DNA from: Naegleria gruberi
Lineage: Eukaryota
Length of the DNA stretch: 64,000 nucleotides
NCBI GenBank assembly: GCA_000004985.1
Contig: GG738871.1
Reading direction: 5' to 3' (one strand)
In this document: positions 46,301 through 57,847 of the stretch, piece after piece
Numbering within the stretch: position 1 is the first letter of the stretch
Layout: the number at the start of each line of letters is the position of its first letter
Program-made: the position numbers and the translations under genes
The notes under the pieces: model-generated
Database searches by the model: none
Seen by the model: only the letters and a program-made list of their open reading frames with translations
Told to the model about the DNA's origin: nothing

Positions 46301-47982
46301 TGGTGTTTTCACATCTTCTTCTCCAGTTGAGTAAAATTGTTTGGATTTGAAGATTGATTCTCTCTTCAATGAATGAAATAACGGATCCATACAGTAAATC
46401 AAAGATAAAGTGAACTTGTTGTTGGGAATAGAACAGCGATCTACACTGGTCAACTGGTAAATCTAAAAGGTACGATACAATTTCAAGGTATGATCGTTAT
46501 CTTCGGATAGGATATCTGTAAAATCAAAGTTATAAATCCACATGCATGCAGATAGAACTCTATAAATGGAATCAGATTCTTGGGATGAAATCCCAAATTT
46601 GGAAAAGTAATCTTTCATTTTCTTAACATCCATTTTCAAAAAATTCAAGTCTTTATAGTTGACTTGATGTTTCTGAAACATTTTGTAAGTTTTCAAATCA
46701 TCCGAAATGAAATGATTCTCCTTTCCATATTCAGATTCACCAGCATTAATCATGAGAAGAAAGATGTGATACAAGGGTGGGTTTCTCTCTATCTGTAACC
46801 CCTCTCCACACAGAGTTCCCTCTCTAAATATGGATTTAATAGAGAGTGAGTGAATTCTATTATCCTGATCACATTTCATTGTAACAGTTCTCATGTGAGT
46901 TTGTGTGAGAGCTTTCTGATAGAGAATATTCGAAAATATGAGTAAAATGTTGAGAGCTGGACCGACTGTAGATATAATACTGTCCATATATTGCTCTTGT
47001 TGACTTCCTTGATTGGAAGAGTGATAGGGAAGTAGTTTCTTATTTAACAATGTCATGACTACTTGTTGTAATGTTACTTGTTTTTCCTTTGAACCTTCAC
47101 CCAATAATACTATACATTGTTGGTTAATACCATTACTTAATTGAGTATGAAGATAATTTACAACATCTTGACCGTTATTTACAATAGCTGAGGCTTGTTT
47201 CTTGTTGATGAATGTCACATCTGGATTTTTGAGAAGGATATTTCTCTTACCAAAATGCATCTAATGTTGATGTGAAATGTATTGTTATTGTGTTATTCTA
47301 ATGATAGGAGTGATAAAATACTTACTGTGAAAATTTGTGAAGATCTCAATTGATCCATGAATGACTTATTTACAAAATTTGTCCAATTGGCTACAACTTG
47401 CGCCAGGGAATGACAGCCAGGACTGGCCCACATGAGATTCTCCCTCTCCAGGTTGTTCAAGGCTGGAGCATCGACTGGATAACACTTGGATGGATCGACT
47501 TGAATCTCCTGTCCCCCAAGAATTTCATTACTTGAAATGTTTCTCTCGTTGATAATGACCTGGACGTTCTTGACCTGTCTAACCACTTGTGCCAAGTACA
47601 GTTTATCCTTGATTTCAACCCAAACCAATTCGTCTTTCTTGAACATTTTTCTGGTAGGTTCTTTATAAGTTATCTGAGGTGCAGAGCTTGTGCTTGATAC
47701 TGGAAAGTTTGGTATCAGAGCTGTGATTGGAAGAAAGCTTGGCGAGAAGAGGAAATCATCATTGAATGCAGCAGTGGTTGGAGCTACTTGTTCACCACTT
47801 GATGTTGAACTTGTAGTGGAGTGAAGCGATGATGTATCATCTGATTGATTATCATCTTCATATCTATTCTCTAGGAGAGTGATAAATTTTGGAGTGCTCG
47901 GTGGAGAAGGAACTTTAGATGAATGATGCATGTTCTTCATTGGGTCTCTCAACTCAATGATTGATTCTTGATTCGATAACAT
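43365..47982 (-). CDS. Divergent myosin-like protein of about 1500 aa. N-terminal SH3-like region, a motor-domain homolog with degenerate P-loop and switch II, and a long tail. At least 2 introns and one unresolved frame switch near 46470-46500.
   Basis: A GTAAGT intron joins the 47293..47982 ORF to the 46463..47260 ORF (...SSQIFT|MHFGKRNILL...). Motifs align with myosin: NQQCIVLLGEGSKEKQ versus N.S.LI.GESGAGKT; ERNPPLYHIFLLMINAG versus ERNYHIFYQLLAG; FGISSQESDSIYRVLSACMWIYNFDF versus GF..EE..IF..L...LHLGN..F; IVVFDLPTQTEADNLSDQFVELFNMIAIQSNAQNEMI versus IGVLDIAGFE.F..NSFEQLCIN..NE.LQ. The motor frame then continues as the 951-aa ORF 43365..46220. Confidence 0.55.
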
Positions 47983-49607
47983 TCAAGAATATACTAGTAT
48001 TCTATTTTGCAACGTTTTTTGAAATGTTCAATGAGAAAAATCGTTAGGTCAAATTTGATATGGAGACTTTCAGTTGTTTTTTTAAAGAAAACTTTCATGA
48101 GACTGAACCAGATTGGTGTAAGTTATGGAAAAAACGTTACGGATTGAAAACAATAACGGTTAGAATCTGAATTTGCAATTGCGATGAATAAGGGAGTTAG
48201 GAGGAGTGAAGTTGCTAGAGTCGCAAAGAAAAGAGAATCATTTTGATGTCCCTGCCAAGCTGTCTGGCATGTCCTTAATAAAGGAATTTCCTAAATAAAA
48301 TTTCTGTTAGTGGCTTAACGAATTAAAATTCTATCTATAAGGAATCGTAGACACTGGGATAATTGTGAGAAGTTGCGAAAGTGAGCATAATTAAGATTAT
48401 TTTGTAAGGTATCAGTACGATTTCCCTTATGAATACCTTGGACAATGCTCACAAATCTAGTTAAGCCATCTCAAAACAATTAAATTGGTATCTTCTGCCT
48501 TTGTGAATTTAATAACTGATAGATTCTTCTCTCCACTTTGGTTTGACTGTAAAGTAGTATTTATATAGATGTATGTACAATAGGATAGACCTATTATATC
48601 TTACAAGGTGATCACTATTCGGTTTAAATAATGTCATTCTGTTGTCGTGTTATTTATTTAAACATAGACGCCTGTCCATAACAATGTGAAAAAGAGGCCA
48701 AGTCCTAAAATGATCGAAGAGGAGGCAGCCAATGTAATTTCCTTGAAGAAACTTCTGTGTTGCTTTGTTGTAGTTGTTTCATAACTGTTATTTGTGATGG
48801 AAATTCCAAAATCATCATAATCAGCATTATCCAATAGTAATTCATCATCAACAATTATTTTAACACGTAAATTTGATAATCAATAATTTCCACACCAGAT
48901 AATTCCACAATGTGTGATGATTAAATACAAATCCAAATTTCGCAAATAGTTATACAAGCAAAATTAATAATTTGTCGAATTAATTTATATTGAATTGTAT
49001 CCACAAAGTGATCATCGTCAATTTTTCATCATCAAAACAAAATATAATTAATAATTTTATATACCTCCGGAATCTAGATCCCTCATCAACTTACACCAAA
49101 AATAAAGCCATCAATACAAAACCAATAGATGAGAGAACAACAGCCAAGGTTGGGTAGCTGTTTGGATCAACAGGGCTGTGATATTGAAGATTGGAGGACA
49201 TTTTATTCTTGTTGTTGGATCAAGCAACAATTCCTCTGCTGAAAAAAACTCGCAAAGATTCTTCCCGCTCTTTGGTAGTTTTAATAAGTATTCTTCAGGC
49301 TTTGATTTAAGCTTGTGGAGTTGAGAGAGATTTTGGCTTACGTTCAAACGAATAATGAAACTAAGAATTCAATAGATATCAAGGAGAATTGATGAAAGGA
49401 AATAGGAGTTGTGTTTCATTATTAATTGAAATAGGAATCTAAATGGAATGTTCAAAAGAAGGAACTGAATTGGATTGTTTTAATAATGGTCAATTTTAAG
49501 TTAATGACAACCCCAGCAAATCAATAATCTAATATCACTCAATTCAGCATGCTGGTTTCTAATTTGAAATTATTAAACTATTTATTGAAATTTAAATTGA
49601 ACTATTT

Positions 49608-51038
49608 CTAAAGTGAAGGCATTTGTTGACTGATACAGTGCATTCCTCCTCCACCCATGTTAATAGCTTCAGTTGAAATTGCAACAATTACATGATTTGG
49701 ATATACTCGCTTAAATATTTGAAGAGCTTCTTCATCAGAATCTTTAACGTGTTGGGGAAGACCTTCACGATAATATTTGGAGATGAGAACAGTATTATTA
49801 CTCACTAAGAAATTCAAATAACTCGAGGCAATAATGTACTTGTAAGTTTGGTCATCATGCATAACAAGTCCATCTTCAAATTCCAATTCCTGTAATGTAT
49901 CGAAACAGGAGTCACCCTTCTTGAGATCCATAACAATGTGTGGTCCAACTGGAACTTTGATAATTTCGAATGGTTCTCCTTTGAGATTGGTTTGCTTTTT
50001 GAGGAGTTCATAGTTTTGCTCGAGTCTCTTTCTATTCTCAACAGAGATACAATCATTCAAGTGAACTGGTACATAGGCAAGGAGAATGGTATTCTCAGTG
50101 GCAAATCTAGCCCACTCGTCAATGTGTCCTCCAGTACCATAAGATGCCAATAATTCAGTGCCTGGAATGAGTCCTCGATATGAGCATTGATCTTCAACAA
50201 GACCCTCAGTTTCCAACCAGATGATCTTTTCAGCACTTTTACCAAAAACTCTCTTCATTTCATGCTCGATTTGTTCTCTATTTTCAATATTGTTATCCTT
50301 ATTTCTTTGCATTTCAACATGTTCGACCATCATCATGACACCATTTCCATTGTACTCTCTGTCACCACCTTCACTGATGAGGTGAGAACGTACAACTGGA
50401 ATATTTAACTTGTTAGCAACCTTCTATCAANNNNNNNNNNNNNNNNNNNNNNNNNNNNNNNNNNNNNNNNNNNNNNNNNNACGAAATTGGACCATTATCT
50501 CTCATCCACACATCCAAATGTTCGATAATATGATATCTCATTCTCTTTTCAATCAATTCAACAGAAATATTATTTCTTTGTTTTAAAAACTTTTCCACAT
50601 TCATCTTATCTTCCTCTTCATGAATAATCAAATCAATATAAAACTCTGATCCATTCACATTATTATTCAAGAGCAAAGCTTCCATCATTGGAAGTCTATC
50701 ATTCATTAATTCACAAAGAATTCACAACATGATCACTTACTGCACTTGATGGAAAGGACTATATCTGATTGGTTCTTCTGGACAAACCTTGAATGCAAAT
50801 TCATAATTATTCTCCTTTGTGGTTGGGCCTAATTAAAGTGTAAAGTTAGTGTCATTCGGAAGTTGATGATCACTTACCAAGAGCCATCCAAATACTTTCG
50901 TGATGTTCAAATTCACCTATTTTCATAATAGAATTCATTTGTTTCATCATGGAATGTCCACCAAACAGAAAAAAACAATTAAATCTATCGACACATTGAA
51001 AATGTTTGTGGAAACGTACCTGGGAAAACGAAGGACAT
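49608..51038 (-). CDS. Agmatine deiminase (porphyranase-type PAD family). Multi-exon, and interrupted by a 50-N assembly gap.
   Basis: Spliced N-terminus MSFVFPG|EFEHHESIWMALG..., matching EWE.H...W..WP. The middle exon has HLDVWMRDNGPI (W.RD.GP). The C-terminal exon has ...MGGGGMHCISQQMP (catalytic Cys) and YLNFLVSNNTVLI. Donors are GTACGT and GTAAGT. Confidence 0.75.
50431..50480. other. Assembly gap (50 N) inside the agmatine deiminase gene
   Basis: A run of n characters in the sequence. Confidence 1.
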
Positions 51039-51502
51039 TTTTTTGAAATTGTTTAAACTCCTGTTGTGAATCCTTGGGAGGATAACACTCCGTTAATGTA
51101 TGCACTCTCAGAGTTGATATAATTTAATAAATACTTATTGCCAATTTTGTTTTGAGTAAACAATTCAAAATGTTACAATTTCTCTTAACATTAGACTAAT
51201 CTGTTCTACTGATTCTAATCAGGTGAAGAACCTTTATGTTTCAGGTGCAGAACTTTCTCAATACAATCAACTATTTCGAATACCATCGAATGTATGTCAA
51301 TATCGAATGTGAAAAATGCAAAATGATCTCAAACAAACACCTCCAGCCTGATTATTCCATTAGTTTTTCTTTCCACTTACACAAAGGATCACCAAGGGTT
51401 GATCTATTAGTTTTCTTCTTTTAAAGGTTGTTATCAATTTCCAAAGTCCGTCCGTTCTCCATTCTGTGTGGCGAGGTTTTTTAAGATTTTGCCTTAAAAA
51501 AA

Positions 51503-53008
51503 ATGAACAATTCAAAATCTTCAATGATTTCATTCGGGGCAGCAATTGTCTCGATGATAGCAGTCACATTGATGATGCTATCAATAGCCTCTGCCTTCTC
51601 GGTAAAGAGTGATATCGATTATCGTACAGTATTGTCTGATTATGTGAAGGGAAATAATCAATACTTTAAATATCAATTGAAGGGTACTTATGATAATGAT
51701 TATGGAAAATTCATAATCTTCAACATGACCAGTGTAAAGTGGTTGGATGAGAAGGAGCTTGGGAATAGCTGCTATTGGTTCCACTTGGTCGAAATTGCCA
51801 TTCCAAAGAAGATTAAGCAACAATCAAATGTGTTGATGTTGGTTGCTGGTGGATCTCAAAAGGAGATTGCACCAACAAGTGATAATGAATTAATGAAAAT
51901 GGCTGCCAGTACTCAATCTATTGTTGCATCTATTCATCAAATTCCAAATCAACCTTTGGTTTTCAATTCTGATCCAACAAGACAACAAAGAATTGAAGAT
52001 GAAATTCTTGCCTATGCTTGGGCAAAATTCATGCAAAACACAACTCAAACTGGGTGGATTCCAAGATTACCTATGGTTAAGGCAACCATGTTGGCAATGG
52101 ATGTTGTTCAAGAATATTTGAGAACTACCTTATCAATTAATGTAATGAATTTCCATGTTGCAGGAGCAAGTAAGAGAGGTTGGACCACTAATTTGGTAGG
52201 TGTTGTTGATAAGAGAGTTAGAAGTATCATGCCAATCGTTATTCCAGTAATGAAAACTAGAGATATTCTTGGTAAGTTAACAAAACTATATTAGTTAATG
52301 ACCCTATTGTAAAATATAGAACATTCTTACAATTCGCTTTGCACATGGCCAGAAGCAATGGGTGATTATGTTAAAGAAGGTATCACTACAAAATTAAACT
52401 CTAAAGAATTCCATCAACTGACAACAGTTATAGATCCTTTCGAATATAATGATATTTTGGCAACAATCAACAAGTATTTCATTTATGCCACTGGTGATCA
52501 ATTCTTCCTTTGCGATCTTAGTCAATTCTCTTATCCATACCTTAAGGGAGGTGACCAACTCAAACATTTAAGATATGTTCCAAATACTGATCACTCTTTG
52601 GATGGATCTGATGCCCAAGTTTCTGCTTTAGCTTATTACTTTAGTTTGGCCAACAAGCTTCCACTTCCAGTTTACAATTTTACAGCAGTTTCTGATAGGA
52701 CTGGCGTTTCTGTTGGTGTCAAGGTAATGAGCCCGATTCCACCATCTGCTGTCCTGTTGTGGGAAGCTCGTGCTCCACAAAGAGATTTCAGACTTCAAAC
52801 CATTGGAAAAGCATGGAAACCAAGACCACTCCAATTGTCTAAAGATGGTAGTGTTTCAGTTCACCTGGATAATCCAGCCACTGGCTATTATGCTGCCTTT
52901 GTTGAATTAACATTTGATTATTTAGGAACACAAATTCCTCTCAAGTTTACAACATCAGTTTATGTTCTTCCTGATATTTTGCCATGTAAATACCATAATA
53001 AAGTTTAA
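51503..53008 (+). CDS. PhoPQ-activated pathogenicity-related protein (PqaA) family secreted protein. Exons 51503..52270 and 52353..53008.
   Basis: Signal peptide MNNSKSSMISFGAAIVSMIAVTLMMLSIASA. The intron is GTAAGT...CAG in phase 1 and joins ...VMKTRDIL-E-AMGDYVKEGITT. GASKRGW is a serine-hydrolase-like motif. The overall length and order resemble the bacterial/dictyostelid PhoPQ-related family. This is from memory and unverified. Confidence 0.55.
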
Positions 53009-53195
53009 GATGTGAATAAGTTTGATGTAAATCTAGCAATCTGCTGATCGGCCAGTAAGAAAATGATGACAGATTTCAAATAGGAATATATTACAATTCT
53101 TCCAGTATTATAATCTCACAATTATAATCTCAACGACAAAAACATTCTCCATTAAATGTCAAAAATCATTAACAGAAAACTCACTTATTAAAAAA

Positions 53196-53726
53196 ATGCA
53201 TAGCTCCAAACTCATTATTGCTGTCTTATTGATGGTTATTGCCTCATGTGTTGTCGTTTCTTCTAGATCTCTCCCATACAGAGGACAAAGCATTGTTGAC
53301 TTTATTAACTCTCTCCAACTCGATGAGGAAAATGAAGAACTCGCTGACACCTTCTCTTTTGATTCAGGTGATGATATTGCTAGTGAAGCTATTAGAAGAT
53401 ATGGACGTGTTGCTACTGCAGGTGGTCATTGTGCTCGTGCTGTTAGAGAATCTATTGAAGGTGCTTTGGACATTTCCTTGCAAAGAACTGAAAGTGCTAA
53501 GAATTATGGACCTTCCTTGTTGGCTGCTGGTTTCCAAGTTGTTTCTGGACCTGCTCAAGATGGTGATGTTGCCATTTTCCAAGCTATCCCAAACCATCCT
53601 CATGGCCACATTCAAATCAAAACACCAATTGGTTGGGTTTCTGATTTCAAGCAAAGAGATCAATATCCAGGTCCAAGCTACAGAAGTATCAGTGCTCCAT
53701 TCAAATTGTACAGATATACTGATTAA
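53196..53726 (+). CDS. Secreted CHAP-domain (Cys/His amidohydrolase/peptidase)-like protein, a candidate bacteriolytic enzyme
   Basis: 176 aa. Signal peptide MHSSKLIIAVLLMVIASCVVVSS. A candidate catalytic Cys in ATAGGHCARAVRESI and His in NHPHGHIQIKT, with the spacing and flanking Gly/hydrophobic pattern of CHAP/NlpC-like amidases. Confidence 0.5.
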   Translation: MHSSKLIIAVLLMVIASCVVVSSRSLPYRGQSIVDFINSLQLDEENEELADTFSFDSGDDIASEAIRRYGRVATAGGHCARAVRESIEGALDISLQRTESAKNYGPSLLAAGFQVVSGPAQDGDVAIFQAIPNHPHGHIQIKTPIGWVSDFKQRDQYPGPSYRSISAPFKLYRYTD

Positions 53727-53866
53727 TTGGCCACTTATCACTTGCAACTTGTAGTGTGCTGAATAAACACATTCTCAGTGTTTTTTAACATGCAAGAAAG
53801 ACTTTCAAACATTTATTTATTTACACAAAGATATCACATTGGCCTAGACATTATATTTTACAATAA

Positions 53867-54725
53867 CTATTCATCATCATCTGACAAGTCGACAGCAGCA
53901 CTCTCAGTCTTTTTTCTCTTTTCTTCTTCTTGTCTCTTAATTTCCTTTCTGATTTTGAAAGTAAGGGATGGGCTTTCCACAAGGTCTGCTTCAGTAATTC
54001 TTGATTCCCTACAACCAATAATAGGACATTCGAAAAATCCCCCTCCAGTTCTCAATTTTTGGAAAGCCACTGTCTTTTCGTATACGTGTTTACATTTCTT
54101 TGATTGAATAGGTTCTTGTAAATTAGAACCAGTCCATGGACATGTTGTTTTAATAGTAACTTGTGACAATTGAATATCATCATCATCGTCACCTTCCTGG
54201 TTCCAATCCAATTCTGCTGTTGGGTCGTGCACTTGCATGATAGAGAGTTTGAAATTTTGGTATTCCTCCACTTTCTTGATTGACTGATCATCATATTCCT
54301 TCTCAGTATTTGTTTTGATATTATTATCATAAAATTGTGACACTGTTCTTAAATCCTATTCAATTAATAATAATTTAGATAATAAATATTGTTGTTAATT
54401 ATTGATTAAATTGTTATTAAATTCTACTACGTACAATTCCAGGAGATTCCAATATTTGTTGAAGTGTAGCCGTATGACCTTTTGTCATTCGGAGTAAATC
54501 CAAATAATCCCTAACAATAGAATCAATTTGTTCAACTTGTATTTTGTTACGTTCATATTCGGGATCGTCAGGCAAAGATGATCCTTCAATATCTTTTGCC
54601 AGCGTTGTCAATAATTCTATATTTTCCAGCATGGTTGTAGTATTTTCATTGTGTGCTTTTTGCAAGGGTTTAATTTCCAACTGCACAAGCCTAAATGCGC
54701 CTCCTTGATGTTGACTTGAAGACAT
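53867..54725 (-). CDS. NSMCE2: NSE2/MMS21-type SUMO ligase (SP-RING). Exons 54434..54725 and 53867..54354.
   Basis: The C-terminal exon has CPWTGSNLQEPIQSKKCKHVYEKTVAF...CPIIGC (SP-RING C-x-H-x-C). The N-terminal exon is coiled coil. A GTACGT...ATAG intron of 79 nt joins in phase 0. Confidence 0.65.
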
Positions 54726-54898
54726 TTTTTGTGTGATGGAAATTAATTCTTCTTTAATTTTTAGGAAAAATTTTTGAAAATTTAGCGCCAAAACTTTTAA
54801 AAAAACACAAAACTTTGCTTTATCACGAATGAGAATGTTTAATTACGAACATTAATTGTCTATCGGAATCAAGAGATGGAATGGCTTTGATAGTTTGC

Positions 54899-55491
54899 TT
54901 ATTGTGCAATGGAAGTATCCGTAATGGTAACTCTATTATGCTCTTCAGCAATAGGTTCTTTGATACCTAATCCTGCCTTAATATATGAAGTGATGAGAGC
55001 CATCATTGATCCTTGTTTGACGTCCCAATATTCTATATTCATATGAAATTAATTGTTAATTAATCGAAATAATAGAAATGATACAAACCTGCATGATGAA
55101 TATCACAAACTAGAAGAGTTAAATTAGGATCGTTCAATCCCTTTGGGAAGTAAATCTCACAATATTGATTCCATAACTCTCTCATAAGCTCCTTATTGGT
55201 TTCATCTGATTTGCAATTACAACTCAATGAAACATAGGTATGATTGCTTGGATCAGAGAAACTCAAATTGACTTGATGGTCAGTATTGATTTCCTTACAC
55301 TTCCAAGAGTCTTTACCACTGAAAAAGTACAAACGTTGTCTCTTGAAATCATCCTCTCTAATGATAGCATTCATTGGACGAGAGTGAATGTAATTATGAC
55401 CCATATTATCTTTGGTACATGTTGATAACATGCAAAATTGAATATCCTTGATAAGAGTTCTCAATTTTTCAATACCTTGTTGTTCAGACAT
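54899..55491 (-). CDS. Pyridoxamine 5'-phosphate oxidase-like FMN-binding protein (general-stress-protein-26 type). Exons 55089..55491 and 54899..55032.
   Basis: A GTTTGT...ATAG 56-nt intron in phase 1 gives ...VCDIHHA-E-YWDVKQGSMMALITSYIKAGLGIKEPIAEEHNRVTI..., a PNPOx-like C-terminal motif. Confidence 0.55.
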
Positions 55492-55660
55492 TTGTTTTTT
55501 TAAATTGTATATATCCTGATTGGTTTGTCCATCTTCTTAATCGAATTTGGAGTATTTATCGATTTGTGCATTTTCCAAAATTGTTAAATGGTTTTATTAA
55601 TCTCAATCCAAAATTCTCAATAATATTTACAATATGAAGAAAGTATGAAGGAAGAAGTAT

Positions 55661-56950
55661 TTACACATTTCTTGCATTTTCGAGAGAGGAAAATAATTGT
55701 TCCAAATCATCAGGATTTGGTAATGAATAAGAATCCAACATTTCAGAAATTTGAGCACTCCTAGAAGATGAAGGGAAAATTCTACTAGTATACGTTGACT
55801 GATTATCGGCTTCCAAATAATTATTATCATTATTATTTACAGAAGATGATGGAGGTGGTGTTTGGTGTCTATTTTCATGTAATCCAATTGAGTGAATATT
55901 TGGATACACGTTTTGGTGAACTACTGGAGTTGTGAAAAAAGAGGGTTGAGGTGGCAAGACTGGTTGAAATTCTGGTGAATTGAAACTCAATCCAAATGGT
56001 GTTGACTGAGTTGGAAACTTGTTTCCACTGTTGTGTGAATTGAATGGAGCGACAGCATTAAGCGGGATGTATGGTGAAGTGTTTCTCATGGCCACTATCT
56101 GTTGCATAAATGGATTATGAAAAGATGGATTTGGTTGAGTAGAGGAATTATTTTCACCGCTAACCTTTGTAAAGGTAGTTTGAGGGGAACAGTTTTGAAA
56201 GGATATTTGTGAAGAGGGAATGGTTTGACCAAATGAGATGAGTTGTGAATTGTTCAAACCTGGTGATTTCACTTGTTGAAACATTAAATAACCAGAGTTG
56301 ACAGTGGATTGTGAGGAATTTGAGGAAGTAGAGTTGTGACTCATTTCACTGTTTGTTGAAGAGGTAGAACTTTGAGAGCAGGCTGAGGAAATTGAAGGAG
56401 AGGAAACATTGTTGAAAGGATTGTTACCCGAATACAATTGTGAAGGAGTGGATGGTGAAATTCGTGTGTGAGGAGATGTGCTAGTGGATGATGAACAAGT
56501 TGACTGATTGGTATTTGTGTTGGAATTACATGTTCGAGGAAGAATTTTCATGTTGAGTGAGTTTTTTCTTTGCTCTTGCAATGTTTTCAATCTTTCTTCT
56601 CTTGTGGTCTTTCGTTTAATTTGTTCAACACATTGAATTCCATTCTTGATGCATCTAGAGCAAGACCTTTGTTCACCACAAGATCTATCACATCTTGCAT
56701 GTGCTTTATGACAAGCAACACAAGCCACTGTACAATGATGATGACAATAATTTCAGTTCATGAGGATTAAAAAGGAATTAGCAAAAATCTTACCTTTTTT
56801 ACTCTTCTTTTTTTTAATACCATTGTGGTCTGTGTTTGTATGAGGAGATGAGTCATTAGATTCACTACTATTTGATTTATCATCACGACGATTTGCAACA
56901 CCCTTATGATCAACACCTTGAGAGTGATTGGTGTGGATATTAGAGTGCAT
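55661..56950 (-). CDS. Zn(II)2Cys6 binuclear-cluster DNA-binding protein with a Ser/Thr/Asn/Pro-rich tail. Exons 56803..56950 and 55661..56726.
   Basis: The exon-2 start reads CVACHKAHARCDRSCGEQRSCSRCIKNGIQC, which is C-x2-C-x6-C-x9-C-x2-C-x6-C. Exon 1 is basic (KKKSKK) and ends at a GTAAGA donor in phase 1. The intron is 76 nt. Confidence 0.65.
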
Positions 56951-57847
56951 TCTTTTTTTTCTGGTTATTGAAAGAAATTCAACCTCTTTCACAGGATTGA
57001 CTAATCATTTTCTTCTCGTTAGTGTGGGAATTTTCTAATAATAAAATTATGATATGCAGGAGTTTGACTGACACGATGATATCGGAGGGTATTTGCTCTT
57101 ATCACAGTGGCTTATTTTCGATACGAAACATGACGATTTTGATGAAAGCAAAGGAGATTGTTGCCAGAAAGAATAGACACTAACCATAAGGAATTAAAAC
57201 CAATAGTTTCTCCAAGCCAACTTCTAATTGCGAAGGAGAAACGTTTCGATTGTGTTGAGAGATAAGTTGCTCTAGATCCTTCCGCAAATACTTCTAATTT
57301 ACTGTCTCCGGAAGCAAGGTGTCATTGTTTGTAATTACTTTTTGTGGATAGAATTAACCTGTTTTTCGTATCGTGATTTAGTAAAGAGAGAAAGTATCAT
57401 GGAGTTCTCATGTTGTTGAAAAATTATTCGAAAGACTATTCGAGAAATGTTTCGTCACCACCTGCCTTTAAGAAGATGAATATTATTTTCCAATAATATG
57501 ATAAATACCGTATGAGAGTTTTTTAAGGTTCACTTAGGTCAAAATCATTTCGTTGTGATATGCTCATGTTGAGAGTGAACACATCTCATTCAAGTCGTCA
57601 ATCATGTTGTATTTGTGTAAATCGTAGTGTTCTTTTACAACTTTTATTTACACCAAACTACAGTTTTCATCTGGTCAATACTTTTGAAAATGTTGATTAT
57701 CCTTGTTTGGTGTTTAGCCCTAGTTCGTATTTATTACAATAAAATACCACTAGAAATATGCTTATGTGCTTATCCACTTGTTCAAAGTCATGTGATGTAG
57801 TAATTCATATTCGAATAAGATTGGCAGACTGGACTACAAACAAAAAA

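Noticed and set aside
46223-46453. 76-aa minus-strand ORF between the two large myosin-like ORFs
   Set aside because: It is in the frame of the upstream exon after its stop. The myosin-homologous reading continues in the +1 frame (SLFYSQQQVHFIF...). The ORF is therefore a frame artefact of the unresolved frameshift or intron.
48640-48880. Short minus-strand ORF ending in a TM-like tail (…ITLAASSSIILGLGLFFTLLWTGVYV*)
   Set aside because: It has no start codon in frame and only weak acceptor candidates. It may be a terminal exon of an unannotated tail-anchored protein, but I could not build a supportable model.
53239-53754. 171-aa ORF overlapping the CHAP-like gene in another frame, and the 127-aa antisense ORF 53364..53747
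   Set aside because: The in-frame signal peptide and the Cys/His motifs are only in the 53196..53726 frame.
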